This document shows, piece after piece, positions 39,515-53,165 of a stretch of DNA of 64,000 bases. Origin of the DNA: Diadema antillarum (taxonomy: Eukaryota); the NCBI RefSeq assembly GCF_040938485.1, contig NW_027271100.1, positions 372,001 through 436,000 on the forward strand. The letters run 5' to 3'. The notes beneath the pieces are model-generated. The model was not told the DNA's origin. It made no database searches and worked only from the letters and a program-made list of their open reading frames with translations. How positions within the stretch are numbered: the stretch's first letter is position 1; the number at the start of each line of letters is the position of its first letter. The position numbers and the translations under genes were made by a program.

Positions 39515-42500
39515 TCATTTGGGTATCCTGCGCAGCTCATGAGCAAACCAGAGCGCCAGCGACAGAAGAGTGAGTGATCCAGACTGGTGGGCCGCGGCCA
39601 GGGAAGTGGGGACGTAATACAGCAGAGTGCAGATGCCCAGGGTTATCTGGGGTGAAAAGAAAATACACTTTGACATGCACGGACCATACGGGCATTTGCA
39701 CTTTGTAATCGTGGCTGGTAATAAAAGGAGTTAATGGGGATACACTTACTCACTTTTGCAGACTATGAATGCAGGATAGAATTGATGCTACTTTATACAG
39801 ATCTGCTAAAAATTCTCTCAGGGAGAGGAGAGTGATTCATGAGCAGCTCCAACAGGCCAGCTAGCAAACTATTCAAAACCAACAAAGATTCACTCCTTCT
39901 TTAACCTATTTCTTTATTTACCATGACATTCTTTATGTGTGTTCACTCACTCACTCACTCTCATCTTAGTCCCCATGCCCTTCCCATCCCCAGCCCCAAT
40001 CCAACCATGTCCCACTCCAATCCTATGCCCCGCTCCAGTAAACCTTGCAGAAATTGATGTTGCATAAGTGGACAAATCATGTAAAACACGATTTGTCTTC
40101 TTATGCAACACCAACTTGAAATGTCAACGCAATGAAAAAGTCCTGGATTTTTCTTCAGTTATTTCAAATACACATCAGCAGTCTCCACTGAAATGCAGCA
40201 GTCAAGTGACACATAATTAATGCTGTGGATCTAGCGTAAAGCCAGAAGTGGCTGCCTCACCTGGACTCCAACCATTCCCACCATGCAGTTGGCAGCCAGC
40301 CTGGCCCGGGATGGGAGAGGAACTCGTCTGGCTAGCAGCCACAGGGAAGTGATAGTCAGCCCTGTCACTGTGCCCTGTGTTTATGAACAACCGAAAAGAA
40401 GTCACACAAGCTGCTATGAACACAGCATGATAAACATTGGCATTAACATATTGCTTAGTGACTGCCTAATCTGGTAATTTAATAGCCATGATGAAATTAG
40501 CACAATTATCTACAATATAATTTAGCTACAATGTTTACCACCTAGAATCATTTCTCTGCAAGAAAGATTATACTGAGGAACAGTAAAAGCATGCTGCATT
40601 ATAGTGACAGACACCGTGCTTTACAAGGGCATACTATCATTATCATCATTGTACAAAGTAACTGCCTTTTTTGACAGTATCTCTACTTGCCTCACTATCT
40701 GCTTTACAATAGCCGCTTGATGCAACACAAATCTTGCTGGTAGAAAAGGCAGCAAACAAACAGCTGGGGGATTTCCCAATTTCAAGCTCTGTCAGCCATT
40801 TTGCCACTGCTCGTCTTCACACAGTTATCAGTTTAAATGAAAGCACCAATTTCAAGTGAAGGTTGAGACAAGAAAGGAGTTTACTGCAACTTATTGACAA
40901 ATTGACTTAATAAGCACCGATCATTCAGTGTTTTAGAGGTAGCAGGATTATACGCATACCAGGGAATTGAACAGTCAAAGATTTAAAGAGACTCACTAGA
41001 ATCCTGTGGTCAAACTGGACAGTGGTTGGATTCTCAAAGATATTCTTGTACTTGGGGTCAAAGGCCATGACATCCTCTGGAATCCATTTGTCAGCCATCT
41101 TGGGAAAGGAATTGTAGACCAGGCCAGCATCGAGACCTGCAACAAAAGCTCCTGTTGTACAAAGATATGAAAATTAGATAATGATAAATAAGACACTAAT
41201 GTTGACAATGCAGACTATTTCATTCACATGTCACTATGTCACTCAATTTTAGAGCAAAATACACCCTTTTCCAGTAATACCTCGCTTGTTACATAAGCAT
41301 GGAATATTCTTGTTATTCTGATTGGAAAATCTTGTATCTTGTTTTTTTTTTTAAGCAGCTTTAATTACAAATATCTCAAATCGACAAGAATGGACTTAAA
41401 TAATTTTGCCATCAAACTATTCATATGTGTAAGTGTATTCCAAAAATCAATGTCTTTCATTAGGTCATTCAACTATCAAATGAAGCTCACATCAGTGCTT
41501 TACAAGGCAGGCTCTGGTCTCATGCAATCCCTGACTATCTCTAATATTCCTCCCACACACCTGGTACACTCAAACTTAATTTCTCATCAAGCTAGTGTCC
41601 TCTCCTCAGTTGAGAATGATTGGACAAAAGCAGACTCACAAGTAATTCTTTGGCAGCAGGGCCTGTTCTGCTAAAATGGGAACTATATCAAGCCAAACAT
41701 ACACTGAAAGTTAGGACAGATTCAGATCTAGTTGGGAAGGATATCTGTTAGTATATAGACATTCAAGATGTATTCTAGAATGTGGTAAGGTGGGTGCAAG
41801 ATACTGTTTCCAAATGGCTTAGTGAAACAGTACCTAACTTCTGAGGGCTGACTGATTTCAAAACTGACCCAAAGATCAGTTGAATTGAACTTAGGTTCAA
41901 TCTAAAAGTTAAGTGAAACAGCCCCAAGAACTGACATCTTATGTTGTTGTTTGTTTGTCTTTTTCCACTAATGTAAAAAAAAAAAAACAAGTTGCTACAA
42001 ACTGCTTTTAATGTCAGATGTAGTAGTCAAGTTGTGATTTTACCTGAAAGAGCAGTAGTGAAGATGATTGCCATTGATCCATGGGCACATTTCCTCAACA
42101 GTGACAGGTTTTTGCTGCTGGGAATCTACCACGAAGAAATACAGAGAGAAAAAGATATATGCATCTACACAGAGAGATTGACACAGTACTGAGGGCACAA
42201 TACTGTATGTGACAAGAGTTAACTTTTGGTATTAGGGGCAAATATACTTTAAAGATGATGATGGTAATGACACTGGAAGTTTAAAGTTGCAATTATTCAC
42301 AATTTACAAAAAGACAGTTGTGTCTTAATGATTAACATCATTCCCTACCATTAAAGTTTGCATCATATGTTGTCTGAGCTTAAAGAAACCAGTCACACAC
42401 AACATAGGGATAGGATTTTGTAAGAATGCATATGGTAACATAGGAAGGTATTTTACATTCATAGAAAGTTTATTGTCACTTCATTCATTGGGAAAGCAGT

Positions 42501-45500
42501 TACTCTCCTACAAGTGTGCAAATGTGGACTCAGCTCGTATCTGTTTTTTTTCCATTGCAAATATCATCTTCCACTAGCACAACACCAGACTTATATCTAT
42601 CAAAAGCTAAGATGCTTTGTGCAAGTAAAGATACCCTAGAGTTCACTCACAACAGACTTTTCCAACTAGAACAAGCTTGATATGACTTCATGTGTTGCAC
42701 CTCCTGCTTGAAAGTGACCAAGAAGTTGATGTCTCAGGACTCTTTGCTAAGAAGTTCCATATAAGTTTCACGGCCACATACATACTCAAGAAAGAATACA
42801 AGGCGCATCATTAAGCCTTCTACTACCCAATGCTCTACAGCCACAGAAACCTTCAAAGATTTCAAGTTACATATAGATTGAGACTTAACCCATTGAGGAC
42901 GAGTCTTGAGTATACTCGAGTACCTGTCTATGAGAAATGCATGTTGTATCAAAATCAGTCCGTCCTCAACGGGTTAATAGTGAATGTTAGCACTGAAGGA
43001 GCCACATAGTATACAGCCGCACAACTAAAGCTCTGTCTCTGGTTCTGACTAACGCTTGCTCACTACCACTGAGAGGAATGTTCTGTATTGGCTTATAGCT
43101 GGACTTTCTTACCGTAAGTGGTTTCAGGACCTGTGTCAAGCCTCCCCACAGCATGAGGGAGTAGAGGAGGAAGGCCGAACCGAGATGGGCAGCGAGTCGG
43201 TACTGACTGACCCTAGGAATGTCATGCTTGGCCGGCTCCTCCAGACCACTCTTGACCATGAACCAGCCGAGTAGACCCTGATTGACAGAAGCACGAGAGA
43301 GAAAGTGATAAAGATACGTATTTCCATTCTAGACATCCCTCAGTGAGTGTCAAAGGTATTGTTTACCATTGGAAGCAGTGATTTAAACAAAGTTCGAGTT
43401 ATCACATTTGATGCATATGTGTAGGTCAGTTGTATCACAAAACATCCTACCATATACAAATTTTGCAATAAAGCCTAAAATATAAGGAGATATCACTATT
43501 TTTCCCAATAAACCATAACTGTCGACAGTTTATTCTAGAAACAATCTAATTATAAGTACTGTTTACATTTTTTATATTTAACAGTACTTACCATTGATTA
43601 TACTGATTAACATTTTTACAATGATTGTTTCTATTCCTAACTCACAATTCAAAACTATTTTGAAGCAATAAAGCAGGGTTTTTGTTTCATCTCTAAATGG
43701 TAAATAATGCCTTTAAGATATCAGTAACTTGACCTATCCATTAAACACTCATACAGTTTTGATAACAGAAACTCAAGAAACCGTAAAAAATTTGTATTGA
43801 CTCACTAACTTTACAGCAGAGATAAAATTCAAAGTAAAATAGAAATCACACAAAACCAGTACAATGAGTTTCAAAGGGCAAAAAGAATGCAGGCATATTT
43901 GCCCAGGAAACAGAAGTGGAAAAGAATCATTTCATATTGACTAATATATTTTTGTTTTACAAATGATTAAAAAATTAACACACAAAACACTAAATAATGT
44001 TTTGTTGAGCACTGGAAGGGCTTTTACACTTGTAAGGTTTACATAGTTAAGTGATTTTCTGATTTGTGAATGGTGACATACATGGTGTGTCATTAAAAAA
44101 AAAGAAGAAGTTACTCTCTCCCATTACCTGGAAGACAAGGAGACCACCATAGATTGCTAGTCTTGGTTTCAGCGGTTTGCTGATCCAACCCTTGCTCCAG
44201 AAGAAAGCAGCTGGAATGAAGAATGCCAGTCCTATGGCTCGTCCCCACATCCGATGGCTGTACTCCATCCAAAAGATGAACTTGAACTGCTCCAGGCTGA
44301 TATTTGCATGGACACTGAAACACAATCACAGCATTCATGAGGAAAATAGTTATCCCTTGTGTTAAGTGGGAGCTGGCTAACAAAGGTAAATACAGCAATC
44401 TGTACCACTACCTATTGCCTGTGACCTGCTTTTGGCAGAAAAGGAAAATCAGTGGCATGCCAATTTGCAGACAGTTCAAAGTGACAATGAAATAGTTAAT
44501 ATCATATGACACCATACTTCTTATCACTTGGAGACATCTTGCTTCATCTTTTAAAAAATCCAAAAAAATCAAAAAAAAAAAAAATCAAGATTCACATTTT
44601 ATCATAAGTCTGAAACCCGGGGGTAAATTTGGGGGAGTACAAAGAGAAGTGTGAGAACAATATAATGTTTATTCCTGGTGTTCATTCTCTTTGCTCAAGC
44701 TTACTTCACCAATTCAGGGCACGAATAAATTGTTAGTTATTCACATTTGCTCTACTACAGTACAACAAAAGTATGAACAGTAACATCTATATTTCTTCAC
44801 AACTAGATGTAATATCTCTTTGAGGTCAGGGACCTAATACTCACTATGGCTACACAGTCACTTGTGTGAACCAGGAAGGCGGTATGGCTATCACAATCAT
44901 GTGGTACGATTGACACGACTGTATCGATCACTCGTCAAAGAAATACTCACTACTTGTACTCTGGAAACTGCTTGTATCTATCAAACTCTGCCTGCCATTC
45001 TTCCTGTGTGGTTGGGGGCCGCATCCCTTTAATCAGATGCCAGTTGGTCATCGATAGTCCAGATTCCGTCAACCTTCAAGGAATGAGCACAGTAGTAGAA
45101 TATGACTAATTTGCACATGTCTTAATCCATACTGAGATCATTGTTTGTGCATCCAGTAATATGCAGTGACAATGCAGGTGGAAGCTCTTTTTTTTTTTTG
45201 CCCACAAAGTGACGGCATAAATATTCTTGCAGTAACTAACTTATATTCAGACTAATCAAAATGCACAACAGTGCCTCCGAGTATCGAAGCTTTACACATT
45301 TATTGGAACCATTTTACACCATGAGGTGACTTCAAATTGGCTCATGATGTAGCACTTTATGAATGCAAGAAAAGACATGCATACTGTCCATGACAAAGTC
45401 CAAATCAATCAATAAATCATGTTTTGATTCATACGAAATGTCATGAAACAAATCTGGTGAAGCTGTGCTGCTGCTGGAAAAACAGTTCAGAAAAGATTTT

Positions 45501-47284
45501 GCAACACAGAATACAGCAAGTGTGCATTGCTGCAAATAACATCCTAATATAAGTTTAATCACATTTCAAATAACGTCATTAAAACTCATTTTGTTATTTC
45601 TTTTCCTCATGATAAGATGATTTTTTTTTTTTGATGAATATTTCTAAGTCTATCAGATTTGCGTCTCCTGACAATTCAAGCATAGCTCACTCTGAAATTC
45701 TGCATCACTCTAAAATCATGGAAAACAGAAATATGTTGATTTCTTGATTTCATAAAATTGAGACCCTATAGAATTTACACCAAAGGTGCAGGCCAAGCTG
45801 CGATTAGCTCCTGACTGGAAATGTGGAGCTTGGCCACTAACTTTGTTTGTCTGTTCTTTTTTTTTTTTTTTGCTTTTGCATTTGCATTTGCATTTGCACT
45901 CAAAAAAATTGGGATGTTGCCAAATTTGACTTTCCCTGTTTGATTCAGGCAGTGCAGTGTTTATTCAGTATGACAAAGCCTGTTAATTCATTCAATTCTC
46001 GTTTTTTTAAGGGAACACTCCTTACGATGGAATCAAACAATCAAAATCTAGCAAGGCAGGAAACTGGGGAAAGTCTAAAAATATCCCATCTGAAACCAAC
46101 CAAGGATATGGTAGTAAGATTAATGGATGAACCTCACATTCCCTTCAGACTCATTAGAGCATGTTGCATTCGTCATACAAGAAAAGAGCTTGAATTTTCT
46201 AAACAATGCTTATCATGCAGAAATAATTGTGACACAAGAAGTGTTATTCAGACTCACCTTGTGACGCCTCCAAGCACTACTGTTCCTGCAATCATTCCAC
46301 AACATGTCAGCAGCCAGCCACCAACTATCTTTTCAGCTCGTGGAGAGATGGTGTTGACAGCTGTGGTAGCAATAGTGGTCTGCACTCTGCCTTGCTGAAC
46401 TACAAGCTGAATCTAGATGGAAGAAAAGAGTGTGCAAAACAACTTCACTAAAAACATGTCTTTTTATATGAAATATCAGGTGTCTCTCACTATTTTTTTA
46501 AAGTTTAATAGATAATAGAGGAAAATAAGAATCAAACTTACTTTGACCACTGGAAATGAATGATTGAAATAAGAGTCTTCCCCATTCTTTGCAACTAGAA
46601 GTAAAGTTTGAACAATGGGTACACTTCGTAGGTATAGGGACAGATATTCTCAGGGGTCTCAACAGTCTTTACCCTTCATGCTACTCCATAAACACATTCT
46701 CTTTACTAACCTTCGGTTTCAGAAGCTGACCAAGACTCCGTTGAGTCACAGACAGACTACCAAAGCGGCTGCCTGCTACCTGGTTGTGATGGAAGCAACG
46801 AGTGCATGAATTCGTCTGGATGTTACTCCATGCCTATAAAGAGAGGGGGAAAAAATTAGACTGCTCCATTTATTGACATCAAGTGTGAATTATGTACTAG
46901 ATATTCCCCTTAGGCCTATAGCTTCATTTACACTATGGAGACATATCTTCACCTCCCTCCTCATAATTACAATGGCCAAAAAGTAGTAATTTTTTAATTA
47001 GTGCCTCGAGTATAAATCTGTCATTTGTAATGTCCACTATGAACATGATGAATGAACTTGTGAATATTTGCATAGTGGATAAGGAGTAATGATTTGAGAT
47101 ATGATACGACATCAAGATTGTGGAGAGAAATTCAGGAAAGGAGTATATTAGCATTTATCAGCACTGATTTAATAGTGTATTATCACTATTATCTTTTTAA
47201 CTTGCTAAATGTCTGTCTCCCACTGTTTTCTACTTTTCCCTTCCCTACTAAAACAAGTAATTCAATGCTCTCTTAATGATAATG

Positions 47285-47329
<45 letters not shown>

Positions 47330-48039
47330 TTAATAATACATTACATTTGTAATGCGCTTAATACAATGTTTAAGGAAAAATGAAAAATGAGAGATAGCGA
47401 TAGTCAGACTTTGTAAGACAAGTATGACATACCGTACCTCATGAGTGTGTACAACTACAAGTACAATGTAAATCATGCCATAAAAACTTACAATAACTGG
47501 GTTATATTCAGCAATAATTGGGTTACATTCATTACATGGGGTTACATGTCATCGGGTTAAATTACCCCTCATTCTTCCTTGATTTCATGAAATTACAATG
47601 CAGGCCTACAGTTGTATGTTGTATTTTATGAATGACAAATCCTACTGCATCCTGCACTTAAGGTTGAACTTGAACTTCAAGTGTGAACTAGAGTAGAGGG
47701 CACATTAAATCAAAACTCTCTTCTCTTGGACGGCAACCACCATGATTAGCCTATGTCCACTGCACCGACATCCACGAGCTGACGAAACGGTGAAGCTTGA
47801 AGAGGAACAGGCACATGAGGGGTATAGGGACGGAGGGTAACTGCGAAACACAGCCAGAACGCCCAAAGCGAAGCGTTCCTACAGTATAACTGTGTGTACA
47901 AGGAGCGCCCCGGGGTTGCTCGACGGAGGGAAGAAGCAAGGCTGCAGAAAACTAAACTCACCGTTCTAGCTCCGTGACCTCCTCTTTCCAGCAGAAGATT
48001 CACGGATGCTCTAAGAGAAATGGCCCTTGAAAGAAACAT
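39515..48039 (-). CDS. COX15: Heme A synthase COX15, 10 coding exons, 437 aa
   Basis: Exons 48039-47962, 46833-46711, 46412-46258, 45073-44951, 44314-44128, 43277-43113, 42125-42044, 41151-40997, 40374-40261, 39646-39515. All junctions are GT-AG and in phase (1314 nt). Motifs [84 protein letters not shown]. Confidence 0.97.
42889..42973. mobile_element. 85-bp piggyBac-like mini-MITE (family C) in a COX15 intron
   Basis: TTAA-CCCATTGAGGACG ... CGTCCTCAACGGG-TTAA. Confidence 0.85.
43354..43712. mobile_element. TTAA-type (Kolobok-like) MITE in a COX15 intron
   Basis: TCAA-AGGTATTGTTTACCATT ... AATGGTAAATAATGCCT-TTAA, a 17-bp imperfect TIR. Confidence 0.75.
47278..47338. repeat. (AAT)n microsatellite
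   Basis: Directly visible. Confidence 0.95.
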
Positions 48040-48477
48040 TCTGCGTCACCCTCAGAGATCTGCTGTGACCATAAGGCAACGATAACTGAACAAGCAATTG
48101 ACACTCCGAATCACAAGGAGATCTACCCAGATAGGCCTGTGTACTGTACAAAAACACAAGTCAGTTTTGTTGATTATGCAATGCGAAACATGCTCTTACA
48201 AAATTCAAGCTATGGATCACCAGTTGTGGAAAAGACTGTTAATTTGTTTGCAAAATATTTTTTTTTTACGAGTCTATCAATTGCTAAATTACAAGTCACA
48301 TATGCTCTTGAATTTATAGATGTAGATAATTTAATCCAAATAATATGTATTTGTGATTCATAGTTTGATTTGTTTTTATTTATCAAATGATAAAAATAAA
48401 TTAAGCATTTTGCAAAACACGGTAAGCGTTTTATAGGATCTGTTGATCGTATCCATCCGTAGCTGGCGCTAGTCAAG
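48040..48477. promoter_or_regulatory. Shared bidirectional promoter region of COX15 and NOC3L
   Basis: Only 438 bp lie between the divergent ATGs. The NOC3L start CAAGATGGCG matches the YY1-type motif common at housekeeping start sites. Confidence 0.75.
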
Positions 48478-51400
48478 ATGGCGAGACCCAGGGTAAGTCA
48501 ACACGTGCGACTTGAGCAGGTGGAATTTTTATTTGTAGCTCTGCCAATCAGGATCGTATAATGTGATCACACTCTAAATACGAATACATGTCATAGGAAC
48601 GTATATCAAATAGTTTGACATAAATCAAAGCAAGAAGACATTATTTTGGCCGTGGAAAATAACTGCTAAGGGCCTTTCAGTTCAGCGGTGCGATGGGTGG
48701 CGAGCTAGCCGGCCGGTCCCGGCCGCAGGAAGGGAGGCGAGATCGTACTAGTCTACTAGCTGGCGCGAGGTCAGGTGTTTATTTTTTATTTATTTATTTA
48801 TTCTCCACTCATGGGATGGATTGGCGCGAGGTCAGGTGTGGTGCGAGAGAAGCGCTACTGATCTTTAACTGGTTAGCTGTTGAGTGTTAAAACAACTTTA
48901 AATTTGAGGTGGAATTCATTGCAAGACTGCTACAGAATATGTTGAGAATAGTTTGATTCTGCCTTGACATTCCATTTCTGGTCCTCCCTAGGCCCCGCCC
49001 AGGCAGTTACTGCAGTCGCCAAAAAGCAGACATAGAATTTATCATGAAACAGTAGGATTCTAATATTGTTAATTTACAATTCTTCACTATGTCTATTTAT
49101 TTCTAGAGCTATAGGCCATGGCCATAGGCCCTTCATATCTACACTAGCCCGACTAACGAACTATACACAACCCAGTTGCTGTATAAATAGCGACGGGGCT
49201 GTACCATCACGACCCACAACACAAAGAGAGCTCAGCGATCGCATTGCAATCATTTTGAGTTTTGATACTTAAGATCATTTGTGACCCGCTACAACAAAAG
49301 GATCCTAAAGTCGCTGACGGGCGAGCCAATCATGGCCCAGAAAAATGCTGATTTCAGGCCTTTCCTTAGATCATTTAGCTTCGAAATTTCGGCAGATGAT
49401 AGAAGATACATGTATTAGACTACAAAATTATGTTGAAAACAGAAATCCAAACGTTTTGACAGATTTTGGTGATCTGACTTCAAACTCGATTTTCTCGGCT
49501 CACCCGTCAGCGACTTAAGGATCCTTTTGTTGTAGCGGGTCACATTTTTTGTCACCTCAAACTCATCTAATGTAAATCTTCATTAATGAGACTTCATATT
49601 TATGCTATCAATATTGACAATGACATACACATTTTACATCTTACCGAAAATGATGATAATATAGCATGTGTGAACGGTACATCGTCTTTCACGCCAGGCC
49701 ATTTTGAATACTGTAGTATCGGGAGTTCATGCAATCTGAATGCACTTTTAAAAGGTCATGCTGTCGACCGTGCTGCTAGTAGCTACCAAAGAGCGCAATC
49801 ATGCAATAGATCGCTGCACTTCAGTTCCAGCCACGCACGGGCACGCATAATTTGCTGAGTGGTCAACGCACCATTTTGAATTCTGCAACGATGGACCCCG
49901 ATGGTCAGGGATTGCGCTAGAAAGTGCCATTTTTTTGTTCAATGGATTATTGTTAGGGCTCTCTATGGACTTAGTACCTTCTGTAATACAAACATGCACT
50001 TTACGAGAGTAACGTACAAATGTCTATAAGTAATATATAAATTGATGTAAGTTTTGTAGTTGTGTTGTGGTTCCCCACTTTGATGACGAGGCTTTGACTG
50101 TCTGACGCTGTGCGGTCGGGCTATAGCCCGACCAGACACAGTGTATATGTATAGCGACAGGGCTGTGTATAGTTAAGTTAGTACAACACGTAACATAACA
50201 GTGAAACACCGCACTAGCTAGGCCCCTCTAATCCAGGCAGTAGGCCTACTACTATTGTAGGGCCTACTATAGTGAGTCGTATTAATTTTGAGATCTATTT
50301 TCCTTTGGGATGCAGGCATCGGTTGGAATGTAAACCTTTGTTGGAATGTTCGTGTCATTTCACCTGTATGCAGTTTGGAAGTTCTAGGCCTTGCACATTT
50401 ATTGCAACTTACCCATGGCCGTGGCATTCACACAGCTCAAGTTTCAGTTTTACTCAGAAACTCTATTTAAAATAAGCTTTGTCTTTTTCTCTTTGTTTTT
50501 TCCTTGATGCATGGATATATGGTGTGTTGTTGTAGTTCTCATCATGATACAGTTGAACCTCTCTTATCCGGACAAATCGGGACCGGGGCTCATCCGGATA
50601 AGGGATTTGGCCGGATACGGGAGACTCAATGCTTTATACATGTACATTAATACATACACATGTACTGATGTAGCCCATTGTAGTACCACATGTAGTAATG
50701 TGTATACTGCAACCTTTTCATTGTTACATTTGGGGATGTTTGGGGATGTTGAAATATCTGAAGGTAAGCAATTTGGAAGGAAATTTGATGTGATGTATGT
50801 TAATCATGTTGGAAGTAATATGTAATTCATGTGTGTTTGTGTAGGAGTTCTCAAGGAGTTGGGGAATCCCCCTTTCCTCCCGTAATTATAAAAAAAAAAA
50901 ATCACGGCGAGATTGCGTCCGTACAATAGAGAGATCCGGATAAAGGGAGGCCAGATAACAGAGGTTCAACTGTAATACTAGATATCTGGAGGACTTGTAC
51001 TAGTGAATGTGAAGCTGAATGTAGACTGTCACTTAAATTTGGAATTCCACTCAAGTAGCTTTAAATGGTGCCAATCTTCCTGCCATGTCTATCTCATCTT
51101 TTGCCCATTCATCACAATCAAGGCAAAATTTGCTGCTGGGAAGGGGAAGCGACTCAGCAACATCAAGAGAGCCAACATCGGCACCAACAAGAGACTGAAG
51201 GAGAGAAAAAGTCAGATCAAGTCATCCATTGCAACAAAGGTGAAGGCTGGAGGATTTAGCAGGAATGAGAAGCAAAATAGCAAACCCAAAAAGGCAATGT
51301 TTGCCTTTGCTGCAGCTCAAAAAGCCGGCTACTTCCAAAACAAGAGGTAAGAATCTGAGCTTCAATTTTTGAGTACTGGTGTTGAAAAGTTAGTTATCAC

Positions 51401-53134
51401 CTCACCATTTGTCGTTGTTATTGTTGTTGTTTTGTATCCCTGATTCCTGTGTCTTTGGCAGCATCTCACACCAATTATTTACAATGCTTTATACCTCACA
51501 AATGTTACTTTAAGTGGGCTTAAATCTTTCATTGTTATCACTCATTCTTTCATATGTCTATATTTGCACATGACATGCATTTCTATGATACTGTGCTCCT
51601 CTTTGAATCCTGACAATACAGAATTAATTATCAACAAAGGACCCCAGAGGAGGATGAGGAAGAGGACGAGGAGGTCAAAGGGCATGAGGAGGAAGAGGAG
51701 AGTGTGATTGATGAGGATATGGAAGAGGAGGATCTGGAGTATATTAAGTCCATGGCAGGCAGCTCGGGATTTCTTGCCAATTTGGAAGAGAGGTATTGAA
51801 ATTGTTGTTAACACTTTGATCACTATTGGCATCATTTGAATTCACTATCAATTTGTAGTTTATACAATGATATCCTCCCTTTTTGAATACCATTACTCAA
51901 CAATAACATGGTATGACATGTGAATTGTTGAAATAATTGATGGTCACAATCAGTTGAGAAGTAATTTTGAGGATGAATATTCATAAAGTTACTCCTGAAG
52001 ATACAAATAGGTTGCACTGATTAATGATAAATAAATGCTTCGTAGGAAGGTATTCAGTGAAGATACATACTTTAATATGTGTGTAACCATGTTCTACATA
52101 CAGTGGAGTTTGTTCTAACTTTAGACTTGTCCCAGATATAAGAAGGTTTATAAAATGTCATAACCACTACTGGTTGACAAAAGTCTGGATACCCTTGATT
52201 AATTAATACTTTTTACATGAGAAATGTAGAGTAGTGGCCAGAATGTTTCAGTTGAATATGTTATAGATTATTCAGTGCATGTGTACTAGAAGTCCAGGTT
52301 TTCAATCTTGCTTGTGCAAGCTATTTTATCCATAAAACCCTCTCTACCCAGGCATATACCAACAAACAGATATATACCGTACCCAACTAGGCAGAATGTG
52401 AATGTTACTGATGACTAGCAGTATGATATAATAGTGCCATGAGCTTCAGTTCTATGGAGTGAAAATGAAATTTTATGAAAGAAAGATTGTATGCAGTAAC
52501 ATCGTTTGTATCCAAACTGTAGCACGAATGACCCAACCAAATCTCGGAAGGCCAAGAAGCATGAGAAGGAGAACAAGCTGGCATCGTTTGAAGAGCGACC
52601 CCGCCTCACTCCATCTCACACTGGCCAGCAATCAGCATCAAACATGAAGGCTCTGCTCCCCATCAAACATGCCGGGGGCTTAGAGTACCGGTGGATCCAA
52701 CAGGAGGAGGAGAAAGAGGAGGAGGCAGAGGATCCTGAGCAGAAGACGGAATTGGATGAGGACAAGATTGGTGAGAGTGGTTGAACTGGAAATCCCTGTC
52801 AACCTCTACACNNNNNNNNNNNNNNNNNNNNNNNNNNNNNNNNNNNNNNNNNNNNNNNNNNNNNNNNNNNNNNNNNNNNNNNNNNNNNNNNNNNNNNNNN
52901 NNNNNNNNNNNNNNNNNNNNNNNNNNNNNNNNNNNNNNNNNCTCCCGTTATAACGAACACGGTTACAACGAAATTCCGGTTACAACGAAATAAAATTTAG
53001 GGCCGCAACATTATCAACTCTATGTATTTTTATTGTTTATTCATTCGGTTATAACGAAATTTCGTTATTACGAAAGAAAACTGCCGGTCCCGAGGACTTC
53101 GTTATAACGGGAGTCCACTGTATCTTTCTTTCCC

Positions 53135-53165
<31 letters not shown>

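Noticed and set aside
45847-46398. 183-aa plus-strand ORF (also 2840-3346 + and 59938-60366 -)
   Set aside because: No domain signal; these lie antisense to real or candidate exons or span intronic low-complexity DNA.
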